DNA of 64,000 bases from a virus (Duplodnaviria > Caudoviricetes): IMG/VR virus record IMGVR_UViG_3300016662_000119, positions 270 through 64,269 of that record, one strand, 5' to 3'. The translations under genes and the position numbers were made by a program. This document shows positions 36,192-45,425 of this stretch, piece by piece (positions within the stretch are counted from its first letter, which is position 1; each line of letters opens with the position of its first letter). The notes beneath the pieces were generated by a model, which did no database searches, was not told where the DNA came from, and worked only from the letters and a program-made list of their open reading frames with translations.

Positions 36192-37202
36192 TTAGCCACT
36201 CATATTAATGACATGAGGAGCAACATTTATGTATCCACCTGTTCCATCGGCCATTTTAAAGAAGCCCCTTCGATCAGCAGACGTCACAAGATTTATGCTG
36301 CAATTGTGCCACTGCTTAGGTTCGACAGTAGCAGAGAAGAGCAAGAAGGGGGAGTTACTAGTGTCAACTGAAACCGACAGACCAGCAAAATCAAGATCAA
36401 AACACCCATCAAGTACTCTAACCCCTTTTGATGGAAACTGCGTCTTAAATTTTACATTGTATTCCGGTTGAAAATATCTAATAAGAGCTGCTTCTGCAAG
36501 GGAAACCTGCTGCCCTTTTTTCAATGGATTATCAACAATTCTTTTCATGCGCGTAGTATCGCGCTCATCAGAAATTGCTGCCTTATCGCGGCCATCCATA
36601 CTAATCATCAGATCGTAGTGAGGGTAGCGAAGCGTCACCAAATAAATTTCACTATCTGGAGAATTGTACATTACGTCGGCCAGAATTTTTTGAAAAGTAG
36701 AATGGCTTCGCAAGCGCTGAACAGCCGTACTTTTGCCGCTCGCAAATGACTGTCCAATGTATAAAACCTTTAAATTTTTCAAATCAGCCACTGATTTCAT
36801 ATGCGCAAGTTTATGTGCAAGAAAGCTAGCTGGCAGATGTCGTACTTTATTGCCTAAAGCATCAAATGTTTGAACTTCTCGATGAGGGTATCCTGAAAGC
36901 CGCAGATTAACAGCGCCATCCAACAATGCAAATTCTTCGCGAAATTCAATTTTTGTTTCCAAACCATTCACGCTATAGACCACGCGACCAGAAATGAATC
37001 CATCTACGTAACTAAAGCCAACAGGGTCAAAACGAACTGCCGGGCGTTGGCAAATAATATATATGTGAGATTCGTTTGATACTTTTTGTTCTTCCTCGCC
37101 CATAATTCCATCAGATAGCAACTGATCCGCCGCGAAAAACATGCAATAGTCATTAGTCAATGTAACGATATACTCGGAGATATAATTTTCGGATTTTTGC
37201 AT
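36192..37202 (-). CDS. AT-rich GIY-YIG-like nuclease-domain protein (moron)
   Basis: KVLYIGQS...QRLRSH...EAALIRYFQPEYN matches the spacing of the GIY-YIG core motifs. Confidence 0.7.
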   Translation of the reverse strand: MQKSENYISEYIVTLTNDYCMFFAADQLLSDGIMGEEEQKVSNESHIYIICQRPAVRFDPVGFSYVDGFISGRVVYSVNGLETKIEFREEFALLDGAVNLRLSGYPHREVQTFDALGNKVRHLPASFLAHKLAHMKSVADLKNLKVLYIGQSFASGKSTAVQRLRSHSTFQKILADVMYNSPDSEIYLVTLRYPHYDLMISMDGRDKAAISDERDTTRMKRIVDNPLKKGQQVSLAEAALIRYFQPEYNVKFKTQFPSKGVRVLDGCFDLDFAGLSVSVDTSNSPFLLFSATVEPKQWHNCSINLVTSADRRGFFKMADGTGGYINVAPHVINMSG

Positions 37203-37251
37203 GAGTTTTCAACGAAGAAGGTGCACTTTGGAAGGAATACATTATTACAAA

Positions 37252-37785
37252 TTACCAAACTCTCATTCTAGCAGATGACCTTCTAGAGTGACTTTCAAAA
37301 ATTTCACCAAGTTCACTCACCATATCCTTAATTCGTTCGCGTTCGAATCCTCCAGCGCACGAAACCTCTGCCGCACCCGAGCCGGCACATGTCACACAAT
37401 TACGCAAGCTCTTAAGCGACACGCCAGTACCGTTGCAATCCTTGCAATGGCCTTCCAACCAATGCGCCAGTGATGCATGCGCCACGCGCTTATACAGCGC
37501 ATGCGCCGTAAAGATATCGCGCTCGCTGTTAATTTTCACCCACCTACGAGCTTTGCCCTTTTCCGTCACGGCAGCAGTCCAGATACGCAACAACTGGGCA
37601 AGATTGCCCGAGTTCCCCTCGAAAAGCTTATTGATCGTGCCGTCCGCATACTTGACCCTGCACAGTAGCGAGCCGAGATCCCCCGCCAGTGCCGCTGCCG
37701 CGATCGCATCTAAGTCGTGATGAAACGCATCATCCCGGAGATTTGACGATTGCAACGATGCTACAAATTTTTCTGCGAAGCCCAT
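37252..37785 (-). CDS. Q-like late antiterminator with a zinc finger
   Basis: HCKDCNGTG...CVTCAGSG. Last early gene before the late region. Confidence 0.7.
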   Translation of the reverse strand: MGFAEKFVASLQSSNLRDDAFHHDLDAIAAAALAGDLGSLLCRVKYADGTINKLFEGNSGNLAQLLRIWTAAVTEKGKARRWVKINSERDIFTAHALYKRVAHASLAHWLEGHCKDCNGTGVSLKSLRNCVTCAGSGAAEVSCAGGFERERIKDMVSELGEIFESHSRRSSARMRVW

Positions 37786-37862
37786 GAATTCCCTTTCATT
37801 CCGTACGTCAACGTTAACACCCTTTTTTGACCAGTGCCAGCCCTGCCACTCTTCGGCACCTG

Positions 37863-38114
37863 TCATACCCGCAGCACGCCAGTCCGGTTGAATTCGCGCA
37901 CGGCTGCCGGGCCGGCACGCGCAATTGCGACGTTCGGTACGCTGCGTAGGAAGACCATGGTCTTGCCGACGCCCTCCCGCAGCACGCGCATTTCATCGCT
38001 ATTGACGCTGAAGGTGCCCTTGCGCCTAGCGTATAGAACCTTGCATTTCTTACTTATGCCGGCCCACCTCTTTCGATCCGCACCTTGTCCGGCTTTCCGC
38101 AGTACTCGCGCCAC
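37863..38114 (-). CDS. Hypothetical protein
   Basis: 83 aa basic ORF in the nin-like region. Confidence 0.5.
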   Translation of the reverse strand: MARVLRKAGQGADRKRWAGISKKCKVLYARRKGTFSVNSDEMRVLREGVGKTMVFLRSVPNVAIARAGPAAVREFNRTGVLRV

Positions 38115-38415
38115 AACAACGCCGGCTCGACTTCACGTCTCTCAGTCATACAATCGCCGGCTTCATCGCGGCTAGCAAAATGCGCTAGGCCAGCCAGGCC
38201 TGCACTACACCTCCTCACGCAAAAATAAATAATTGAAAAAGTGATAATTCAATAGAATTTCGAAAAAAAAATGTCGCACAATGAATCATTGTTCTATTCA
38301 ATTAATAATTTCATGAATTCACATTACACAATTTACTAGAAAAAACCACATTTTAAGGCTGAAAGGTCGCTCAGCCTTGATAATTTCCATCAAGCGACCA
38401 GAAAAAGGAAATAAA

Positions 38416-38655
38416 ATGGCTCTTAAAATAGTAAGTGCAATCTACGGAAATAATGGAAAAATCGCGGATATCACCGCAAAAGTTCAAGACATTGTAAAAA
38501 ATGGAAATGACGATGTTTTGATCAATAACGCAACTCTGGGCATCGACCCGGATATTGGAAAAGGAAAGCAATTCGCCTCCATATACTTTTATGAAGATGG
38601 CACGATTCACACAATCTCTGGCAAGGAGAACGATACACTGGACTTCGTGAAATAG
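38416..38655 (+). CDS. Small lectin-like (SUEL/DUF3395-like) protein, antisense moron
   Basis: AAAGGA RBS. IVSAIYG...DITAKVQ...NATLGIDPDIGKGK. Confidence 0.6.
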   Translation: MALKIVSAIYGNNGKIADITAKVQDIVKNGNDDVLINNATLGIDPDIGKGKQFASIYFYEDGTIHTISGKENDTLDFVK

Positions 38656-38908
38656 TTCGACGATTTATCAATAAAAATCGACACCTCTGCGAGACAAGCC
38701 AGGAATTATGGATTAGCAGCTAATTAGAGCGCAGTGGAGTCGATACAAAGCTTTTGCCTCACTAAAATTTCTTTCAGCCTTTATCTCCCACATCTTTTCT
38801 AGGCACAAAAAATACCAGTGCAGTGCATTTAATTTCCTGTTGCTTTGCGACTCATTGCAAATCCGCGACCAGTTCTCCTCGCTGCCAGCGCCTGCAAATC
38901 GCGGGCTA

Positions 38909-39241
38909 TCATTGGGCTTTCTCCAGGCGATGCGTGACCGCCTTGACGATTGCAGCACGGGCCGCGGCGTCCCTGTCCTGATAGAACCGGTACCACTCCA
39001 GGAAGCCGGCGGCATCGACGCCCGCTGACATCGGCATCAGCCGGATCTCGAACTGTGCGAGCAGCGGCCCGGCCGCAGCCCAGTCGCCCATCCAGTCGGG
39101 CACCAGCGCCTGTCCACGGCTTGCGGCGGAGCCCGCCGGCGGCGTGCCGACCAGGGCACCGCCCACTTCGATCAGGTTGGACCAGCCCAGCAGCTCGGCC
39201 AGGCGTTTGTTTGCTGCGATTTCGTTTTCTTGATTTTTCAT
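38909..39241 (-). CDS. NinX/ABA-sandwich-like phage protein
   Basis: LAELLGW...PDWMGDWAAAGPLL...RAAIVKA. Confidence 0.65.
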   Translation of the reverse strand: MKNQENEIAANKRLAELLGWSNLIEVGGALVGTPPAGSAASRGQALVPDWMGDWAAAGPLLAQFEIRLMPMSAGVDAAGFLEWYRFYQDRDAAARAAIVKAVTHRLEKAQ

Positions 39242-39277
39242 TTGAAGCCTTTTAAGCCGTTTTTTCTGATGGGTACG

Positions 39278-40093
39278 TCACTTCGTAGCGGCCATGGCCC
39301 TTGCGCAGTGCGGCGGCGCCTCTGGCAAATCCTGAGCGGCATTTGCGCTTGCCGGGCCAGGTGCATTTCTGCCGTCAGCCAGGTAAAGCTGCACGCGCTT
39401 AGCGGTCGACCGTTTGAATTCTTCGTCCGCCAGGCGCTGCTGCTCGACACGCTCCAGGCGCGCCGCCTCCTTCGCGGCAGCGCCGTCGGAAATCATTTTT
39501 TTAATGGCGGCAAGCTGGGCGCGCGCGGCGGCGTCCGGCGTCTGGTCCTGCTTGCCCTGCAGCAGGCCTGCCACGGCCGGCGCCGGCAGCAGCCCTGCCC
39601 TCACCGCATTGCCCAGCACCTCGACGTGGCGGGTCTTGTCCCAGCCCACGGACGCCACCCACTCGGCCGGGTGCCGCGCAGCGCGCGCTGCGGCAACGAT
39701 GCGCTCGTAGGCCTCCAGGAACGGCTTGCGGGCGCTGATGGCACCGCTGGACTCGAGCACTGGCCGGCAGATGCGGAATGCCTCAGCAATCTCGGTCGTC
39801 CAGACCACGCTGGCCATTTCGTCCTGGCTGGTCAGCGCGATAGCCCATGCCTCCTCCGCGCCAGGGCGGCCGTCCATGAGCTTGCAGCGCTTGGCGATGC
39901 CGGCCGGCACCGGCGCAAATTCGCCGTTCTCGTCGCGATAGGCCTGCAAGGCGGCTGCCACCTTAGGCAGCGGGTACGGCTCAAGGTTGGACAGCCAGGC
40001 GCGCGCCATCGCGGCCTCGGGCAACGGCTTGCCGTAGGCAGCCAAGGTCTCGGCCAGCAGCTGCATGAAGCGCGGGGTGTCGACGGCGTTCAT
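39278..40093 (-). CDS. Replication protein (helicase loader-like, P position)
   Basis: Follows the initiator gene. FAPVPAGI...GRPGAEEAWA. Confidence 0.7.
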   Translation of the reverse strand: MNAVDTPRFMQLLAETLAAYGKPLPEAAMARAWLSNLEPYPLPKVAAALQAYRDENGEFAPVPAGIAKRCKLMDGRPGAEEAWAIALTSQDEMASVVWTTEIAEAFRICRPVLESSGAISARKPFLEAYERIVAAARAARHPAEWVASVGWDKTRHVEVLGNAVRAGLLPAPAVAGLLQGKQDQTPDAAARAQLAAIKKMISDGAAAKEAARLERVEQQRLADEEFKRSTAKRVQLYLADGRNAPGPASANAAQDLPEAPPHCARAMAATK

Positions 40094-40962
40094 GCGGGCA
40101 CCATGTCGATGATGTCGCCGGCTGGAGCGGAAGCGCCCATCAACTCGCGCATGACTCGCTCATTCGTCTGCTCGATCGTCTCGCCGCCGGCGCTAGCGCG
40201 GGCCTGGCCAGCGTCGTTCCGGATGAAGCGGTCGATGTGGTCAGCATCGCGCAGGATCAGGCCCAGGCCGTTGTACTTCGTTTTGCTGTCGTTCTGGCCC
40301 ATGTTGTGCGGCGTTTTCGAACAGCCACGGATGGCCTTGCAGATGTCGGCCGGCGAGTAACCCTTGAGCGCCTTGACGATCAGGCGCTTGCGTTTGTCGT
40401 CCAAAACCGACTTGGGCGAATCCATGACTTTTTGCCAGAACGCGAAGATCGTCTTCACGGGGTCGAGCTGGGTTTGCTCGACAAGAGTCTCCTTCCCTTC
40501 CTGTTCCCTTTCCCTTCCTTTCCCTTCCTTTCCCTTCCCTTCCGCTTGAGCATGCTTAAGGGGCGTGACTGTCGCGTCATCCACGCGTGCCGCACGCGTC
40601 GAAGTCATTGATATATATAAAGATTCGTCCGGCGCTGGCAATTCCGAGTCAGATTCACGATTATTTATGACTTGGTGCTTGGAAAACGTCGGGATGAAGC
40701 CGAAAAACTCGCCTTCGACCTCATATTTCACTACAAATCCACGCGTCATCAACGCGTCAAGCACGCGTGAAAAATCAATTTCGTCGTATGGAAGAATATC
40801 GAGCTTGAGCGCGCGCGGGCGCCATTTAAAGCGCCCTTCCTTGTCGCAGCAGGTGAAAAGGCCCATGAATGCAGTGCGGATTGGAAGCCCGGACTGCTGC
40901 TCAAGGTCAAACAGGTCTTCATGCTTAAACAGCTCCGGTTTTACAGTGCGAATGCGGCCCAT
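40090..40962 (-). CDS. Replication initiator (O-like)
   Basis: MGRIRTVKPELF, an N-terminal winged-helix-type region, internal DNA repeats and a charged linker. Confidence 0.8.
   Translation of the reverse strand: MGRIRTVKPELFKHEDLFDLEQQSGLPIRTAFMGLFTCCDKEGRFKWRPRALKLDILPYDEIDFSRVLDALMTRGFVVKYEVEGEFFGFIPTFSKHQVINNRESDSELPAPDESLYISMTSTRAARVDDATVTPLKHAQAEGKGKEGKGREREQEGKETLVEQTQLDPVKTIFAFWQKVMDSPKSVLDDKRKRLIVKALKGYSPADICKAIRGCSKTPHNMGQNDSKTKYNGLGLILRDADHIDRFIRNDAGQARASAGGETIEQTNERVMRELMGASAPAGDIIDMVPA
40573..40768. repeat. Candidate origin iterons inside the initiator gene
   Basis: Two triplets of (A)CGCGT at about 11-bp pitch (40573/40583/40594 and 40741/40752/40763) flank an AT-rich patch TGATATATATAAAG. 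Confidence 0.55.
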
Positions 40963-41366
40963 CAGCGAGCCTCCTGCGCACGCGCCGCGCCGAGCAGTGC
41001 AACCACCAGCGGGTCGCCCACGGCGCCCGCCTTGCGGATCCAGTACTTGCTGCGCCAGCGCGCCTTCATTGAGTCATAGCGACCATCCTTCTTGGCCTTG
41101 GCCTCGAAGCGCAGGCGAATCTGGCGTTTGGTCAAGCGCGGCAGAATGCACGGCACGTCTGGCAGGTTGCCGACGGCATACACGGCCATAGCGGCGCCAG
41201 CGCGCGGGTGCGGCTTCCAGCTAGCGATGTAAATCCTGCGCTCGGCGTGCAGCAGGCGAACCCAGCGCAGCACGGCCGCCTGGCTGACGCCTGACTTGAT
41301 GACGATATCGGCTTTGGTGCCGGGCATGGCGCCCAACACGAATTCTCGGAAATTAATGCGCGTCAT
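40962..41366 (-). CDS. Hypothetical HTH-like protein
   Basis: TKADIVIKSGVSQAAVLRWVRLL. Confidence 0.6.
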   Translation of the reverse strand: MTRINFREFVLGAMPGTKADIVIKSGVSQAAVLRWVRLLHAERRIYIASWKPHPRAGAAMAVYAVGNLPDVPCILPRLTKRQIRLRFEAKAKKDGRYDSMKARWRSKYWIRKAGAVGDPLVVALLGAARAQEAR

Positions 41367-41851
41367 GTGTGTTCCATATTTTGTTTTTGGTCACCGGGCA
41401 CTGCAGCGAGTAGGCCCATCGACCGTAAAATTTCGTGGGTGCGGGGCACGGCCGCGCAAAAGGCAGCCTCCAGGCCGGCCAGCGACAGCTCAGCCGGGCG
41501 CGGGCGGCGACCATCGAGCACGTCGTGGCAGGCACTGCAGCCGAACGCTGCGGCCGTGTCTGGCGCCTTCAGGCCCATGCCCTTCCCGTCCGCCAGGAAG
41601 TTGCTGTGGCAGAGCACGGTGGTGTCAGGGTCGAAATTACAGACGGCCAGGCGCAGCGTGCAGTCCTGGCCGCGCGCGGCGCGCCGGATCGGCGCCGAGC
41701 GTGGGCCTTTTGACTTCAAGCCGGCCTTGCGCTTCGGCGCCGTGCGTTGTTGCGACTGCACGGAGAGCATGCCGGTGCTGGGCATAGGAGAGGTGCGCTT
41801 GAATGGCGTGCGCGCCAAGGGTTTTCCAGGCTTCATGGGTGAACGTTTCAT
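41363..41851 (-). CDS. DUF1364-like zinc-binding nuclease
   Basis: CTLRLAVC...TTVLCH...GKGMGLK..D..AAFGCSACHD. Confidence 0.8.
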   Translation of the reverse strand: MKRSPMKPGKPLARTPFKRTSPMPSTGMLSVQSQQRTAPKRKAGLKSKGPRSAPIRRAARGQDCTLRLAVCNFDPDTTVLCHSNFLADGKGMGLKAPDTAAAFGCSACHDVLDGRRPRPAELSLAGLEAAFCAAVPRTHEILRSMGLLAAVPGDQKQNMEHT

Positions 41852-41907
41852 TTCCCACCGCCAATACCACGCGTGTTACCATTCCGCCAACTTAAATTGG
41901 AGGAAGA

Positions 41908-42573
41908 ATGGCGCTCAAGCATAAAATATGGATGATTGCAATCGGCGCCATAGCTGTCCTCGCCCTTTGTGGATGGCTTATTTACACCCGAATTGAAACC
42001 AAGGATTGGGCTGCTTGGGTGCAGGCGGTTGGTTCCATTGCGGCAATATTTTTCGCGGTTGTGCTCACCTGGTATCAGGGCGAGGCATCCCTCGAACGCG
42101 AGCGGATTAAAGAACAGGATGATGTGAGGGGATTGCTGCTTAGCATTCGAGACGAGCTCAGCGTCAGTATCGAAATGGCTCAGCAGATGGTAGGGAACGA
42201 GCTCGAACGAACTCAGCGAGGAACAGCTTTTTGCTTTAGTTTCCCCGTGCAGGAAGACCCGTTTAATATATTTAACAGCATTGCAAATCGCTTGCCCCTT
42301 ATTAAGGACGAAGTTTTGCGATTGCAAATTGTAAGGACGTACGGCGTAGCGAAGGGAGCTATCGGCACTTTTCGCTTTAACAATGAGCTTATTGTCAAAC
42401 TTGAATGGGCTTGGAGGAAGGCTCGGAAAAGCCACGCCCATAGCGACAAAATTGAGGCCGAGTTGATTGATGTACAGATGATGGAGTATGGCGACGCGGT
42501 GCGAATGCACTACGCTCAAGTCAAGTTTGAGATCGAAGAATTGATGTCCCTGTTGCGCGAAAGAGGATTGTAG
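41908..42573 (+). CDS. Membrane moron, WxQAxGS family copy 1
   Basis: Two N-terminal TM helices, DWAAWVQAVGSIAAI, then a helical C-terminal domain. Antisense to the operon. Confidence 0.8.
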   Translation: MALKHKIWMIAIGAIAVLALCGWLIYTRIETKDWAAWVQAVGSIAAIFFAVVLTWYQGEASLERERIKEQDDVRGLLLSIRDELSVSIEMAQQMVGNELERTQRGTAFCFSFPVQEDPFNIFNSIANRLPLIKDEVLRLQIVRTYGVAKGAIGTFRFNNELIVKLEWAWRKARKSHAHSDKIEAELIDVQMMEYGDAVRMHYAQVKFEIEELMSLLRERGL

Positions 42574-42584
42574 GCAGTTCATTG

Positions 42585-43010
42585 TCAATCCTCCATCGCG
42601 CGCTTGATGCCAGTGGCGTCGAGGCCGGCAGCCTTGCAACCCAGGCGCGTGGCGTAGAAGTAGGTCATGTCGCCGTCGGCGCGTCCGGCCGTGGCCAAGC
42701 CAGCGGCCACCAGGCGCTGCATGGCCTCGTGCTGCTGGCCGCTACCAGCGGCAAAGTAGTTGCGCCAGCCCCACTTGGACTTCGGATAGTGCTGCACGGC
42801 GCCCAGCATGTGATGCAGCTTGGCGAAGTCGCCGGGCAGGGTCGCGGCACGAACGGCGGCCAGCGCGCAGGCGGCGCATTTTCCTTGCTGGGCCAGCTGC
42901 TTGACGGTGCTGGCTTTGCCGCAGGCACAGACTTTGCGGATCAGCGAATATGCGGACGCGAACTGATTTGCGATATGCGCACGTTCGCTTCTTGCCAAGT
43001 CGTACATCAT
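42585..43010 (-). CDS. Phage hypothetical protein with CxC/CxxC motifs
   Basis: 141 aa. KVCACGK...KCAAC...WRNYF. Confidence 0.65.
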   Translation of the reverse strand: MMYDLARSERAHIANQFASAYSLIRKVCACGKASTVKQLAQQGKCAACALAAVRAATLPGDFAKLHHMLGAVQHYPKSKWGWRNYFAAGSGQQHEAMQRLVAAGLATAGRADGDMTYFYATRLGCKAAGLDATGIKRAMED

Positions 43011-43042
43011 GATAGGATCCCCTCTTTAAATTTGGAGACAAA

Positions 43043-43468
43043 ATGGAAAACAAAGACAATCCAAACGGCATTCAGCGCCCCTTCAAGATGGATCAGATGT
43101 CTAGCTGGTTCGCTGATGGCGATGGATTTCGCGGGCGAGTCTCCGCTCGCGCTAGTGATGTCACGTGCGCAGTCAAGCGCAGCAGCCAAGACGAGGCTAT
43201 GGCGGATTCCGCCGCTCTCATGCACGCGCTGGAGTGGGCAGAAAAAAATGAACTTGTCGTATCGCATTCGATCAATGGGAAAAGAGTTGCGCATACCATG
43301 ATTTTTGCAATCGACGGCAAGTGGTATGCCACGTATCGAGTGGTTGAGGATCGGCAGCCCGTCATAGACTGGACTCGCTTCGAACTGCCGCCCCATGCCA
43401 GCAACGACTCCGACCGCAGTAAGGCGGTCGATAACGAAATCACGCGCCAACTGAATATATTGCGATAA
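43043..43468 (+). CDS. Antisense moron, unknown function
   Basis: GGAG RBS, 141 aa, convergent with the C5 methylase. Confidence 0.65.
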   Translation: MENKDNPNGIQRPFKMDQMSSWFADGDGFRGRVSARASDVTCAVKRSSQDEAMADSAALMHALEWAEKNELVVSHSINGKRVAHTMIFAIDGKWYATYRVVEDRQPVIDWTRFELPPHASNDSDRSKAVDNEITRQLNILR

Positions 43469-43470
43469 GT

Positions 43471-45417
43471 TCATGCCAACCTCGCAATTTCGCGCTCATG
43501 CACTAAGTTGGCGCGCATAGCGACATCAATGCGGTGGCCGAGCCAAGCCACATTTGACACTGCCCAGCTGTTGCCGATAGCCTTGTAGCGCGGGCCGTCG
43601 GCTGCTGCGCGCGCAACCTGGTCGCGTGTCATCACGCCGCCGCGTATAAGGTATTTGATCCAGTCCTGGTCGAGCTTTTCAGGCCGGATCGTGCGACCGA
43701 ACGGAATGAGGGTGTAGTCGTCAGGAAAATCCTGCAGGCGCTCGCATTCGCGGGGCGTGAGACGGCGGACGGCCATACCGACCAGTGCTATGGGCATGCC
43801 TTGTCCTGGCTTGCCCCCACCAGTGGACAACGCACCAGTGCGACTGCCATCGCCACCTTCGAGGCGGATTTCTGCGCGGCTGTTCTCAGCGAAGGCCGCC
43901 ACAATCGGCTGGCCGAGCCCAGTACCATCTTCACTTGCGTCGAAGCCTTCGGCCTTGAGGGTGTGCGTGACGCCACCGGTAATGCACACGGCGAGGCTCG
44001 GGCCCAACGCAGAATCACTTCCATCAGGCTGCTTGCCGTAGCTGCTGGTTAGCGCACCAGCTACTTCCCGGGAGCCGATTGTCTGGCACACGGCCTGCGC
44101 CTGCGGGCTGGAGCTGCCCAAAGCGCCGAACACCTCGGTACTGCTGATCGTGTTCTGGCGGGCGTCGAAGGCGATAGCCGGCGGGCTGCCGGCGTTGGCA
44201 TGGCTGCCGGCGTGGTTGCCAGCGCGCAGCGTCGGCGACAGGTCGACGCAAGCGTCACCGCCATAGTCCTTGCTGCTGAATGCGATGGGCGCCAGCGCAA
44301 CGCCGTGCTGCGAGCCGTTATCTAGTGTGTACATCGGCGCGCCAGCGTCACCGACGCCCAGGCCATTTTGATCCTTGCCGCGCGTAGCGTTCTGGATCGG
44401 GTATGCTGCCATTGGAATCAGCATGCCAGCCTCGGCATCTTGCTGTGTGGCGCTGCCAGAAGCCTTACCGTGCGCCTGCAGCGTGCCGGCGATCAGCGTG
44501 TCCAGACCATCACCGCGCGGGCGCTGGACGCTGCGGGCCACCGGAGCTTCTACGGCAGCACCGAAAGCAATGTCTTGCCCGTCGCTCTGTCGTGCTCCGC
44601 CAATATCCTCGGTACCAACTGGCTGCAGCCCTCCGCCGAGTTCGAAGTCTGCGCCGAGTCCGCCACCGCCTGTAGTGCGCGAGCTAATTGTTCCGGTAAC
44701 GTCTTGCCCCGTTTGACGGCTCGGCGGAGAATCCCGGCGCACGCCGTCGAACTCAAAAAGTACCTGTGCGGGATCGAACCCTGCTCCAGCACTTGCGATA
44801 ACGAACACACGGCGGCGGCGTTGGGCCACTCCGAAATATTGGGCGTCGAGGGTCCGCCACGCGACTGTTCGCGCGGGGCCATACACACAACCAGCGTACG
44901 CCCACTTACACCCTGGCGGCTCGATTGGATCATCTTCACCGGCAAGTCCAGCAAGGAAGCAGCCGAAGGCATTGTCTTTTGTGGAGAGGACTCCGGGGAC
45001 GTTTTCCCATAAGACAACGGCTGGAAGAAGTCCAGCTGCAGCGCGTCGTGCGTCAATTTCATCTGCAATCTCACAAAAAACAAGGGAAAGGTTGCCGCGT
45101 TCGTCGTCGAGCGAATTGCGCAGGCCGGCAATCGAGAACGCTTGGCACGGCGTGCCGCCGCAAAAAACGTCCGGCGCAGGCACGAAGCCGTCTCGGACCA
45201 GGGCAGCAACCTTGGTCATGTCGCCCAGGTTCGGCACATCCGGATAGTGGTGTGCCAGCACGGCACAAGGGAATGGCTCGATCTCGGCCAACCAGGCTGC
45301 GCGCCAGCCAAGAGGCCCCCAGGCGACGCTGGCAGCCTCAAGGCCGCTGCATACAGAGCCGAAGGTAATGGGCATAGTGAAGGCGTCGCTCTTCATGCTA
45401 AGATTCCTTTCGAGCAA
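43471..45417 (-). CDS. dcm: DNA cytosine-C5 methyltransferase
   Basis: Motifs I (FGSVCSG), IV (GGTPCQAFS), VI (ENVPG), VIII (QRRRRVF), IX (RRLTPRECERLQDFP) and X (YKAIGNS), with a long variable region. Confidence 0.92.
   Translation of the reverse strand: MLERNLSMKSDAFTMPITFGSVCSGLEAASVAWGPLGWRAAWLAEIEPFPCAVLAHHYPDVPNLGDMTKVAALVRDGFVPAPDVFCGGTPCQAFSIAGLRNSLDDERGNLSLVFCEIADEIDARRAAAGLLPAVVLWENVPGVLSTKDNAFGCFLAGLAGEDDPIEPPGCKWAYAGCVYGPARTVAWRTLDAQYFGVAQRRRRVFVIASAGAGFDPAQVLFEFDGVRRDSPPSRQTGQDVTGTISSRTTGGGGLGADFELGGGLQPVGTEDIGGARQSDGQDIAFGAAVEAPVARSVQRPRGDGLDTLIAGTLQAHGKASGSATQQDAEAGMLIPMAAYPIQNATRGKDQNGLGVGDAGAPMYTLDNGSQHGVALAPIAFSSKDYGGDACVDLSPTLRAGNHAGSHANAGSPPAIAFDARQNTISSTEVFGALGSSSPQAQAVCQTIGSREVAGALTSSYGKQPDGSDSALGPSLAVCITGGVTHTLKAEGFDASEDGTGLGQPIVAAFAENSRAEIRLEGGDGSRTGALSTGGGKPGQGMPIALVGMAVRRLTPRECERLQDFPDDYTLIPFGRTIRPEKLDQDWIKYLIRGGVMTRDQVARAAADGPRYKAIGNSWAVSNVAWLGHRIDVAMRANLVHEREIARLA
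44550..45062 (-). CDS. Alternate-frame ORF nested in the methylase (M.EcoHK31I beta-like)
   Basis: 170 aa from MKLTHDALQLDFF, containing SEWPNAAAVCSLSQVLEQGSIPHRYFLSSTACAGILRRAVKRGKTLPEQL. Confidence 0.6.
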   Translation of the reverse strand: MKLTHDALQLDFFQPLSYGKTSPESSPQKTMPSAASLLDLPVKMIQSSRQGVSGRTLVVCMAPREQSRGGPSTPNISEWPNAAAVCSLSQVLEQGSIPHRYFLSSTACAGILRRAVKRGKTLPEQLARALQAVADSAQTSNSAEGCSQLVPRILAEHDRATGKTLLSVLP

Positions 45418-45425
45418 TTTTTGGC

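Noticed and set aside
40495-40545. TTCCCTTCC tandem repeat
   Set aside because: It encodes the low-complexity GKGKEGKGREREQEGKE linker of the initiator. Not treated as a separate element.
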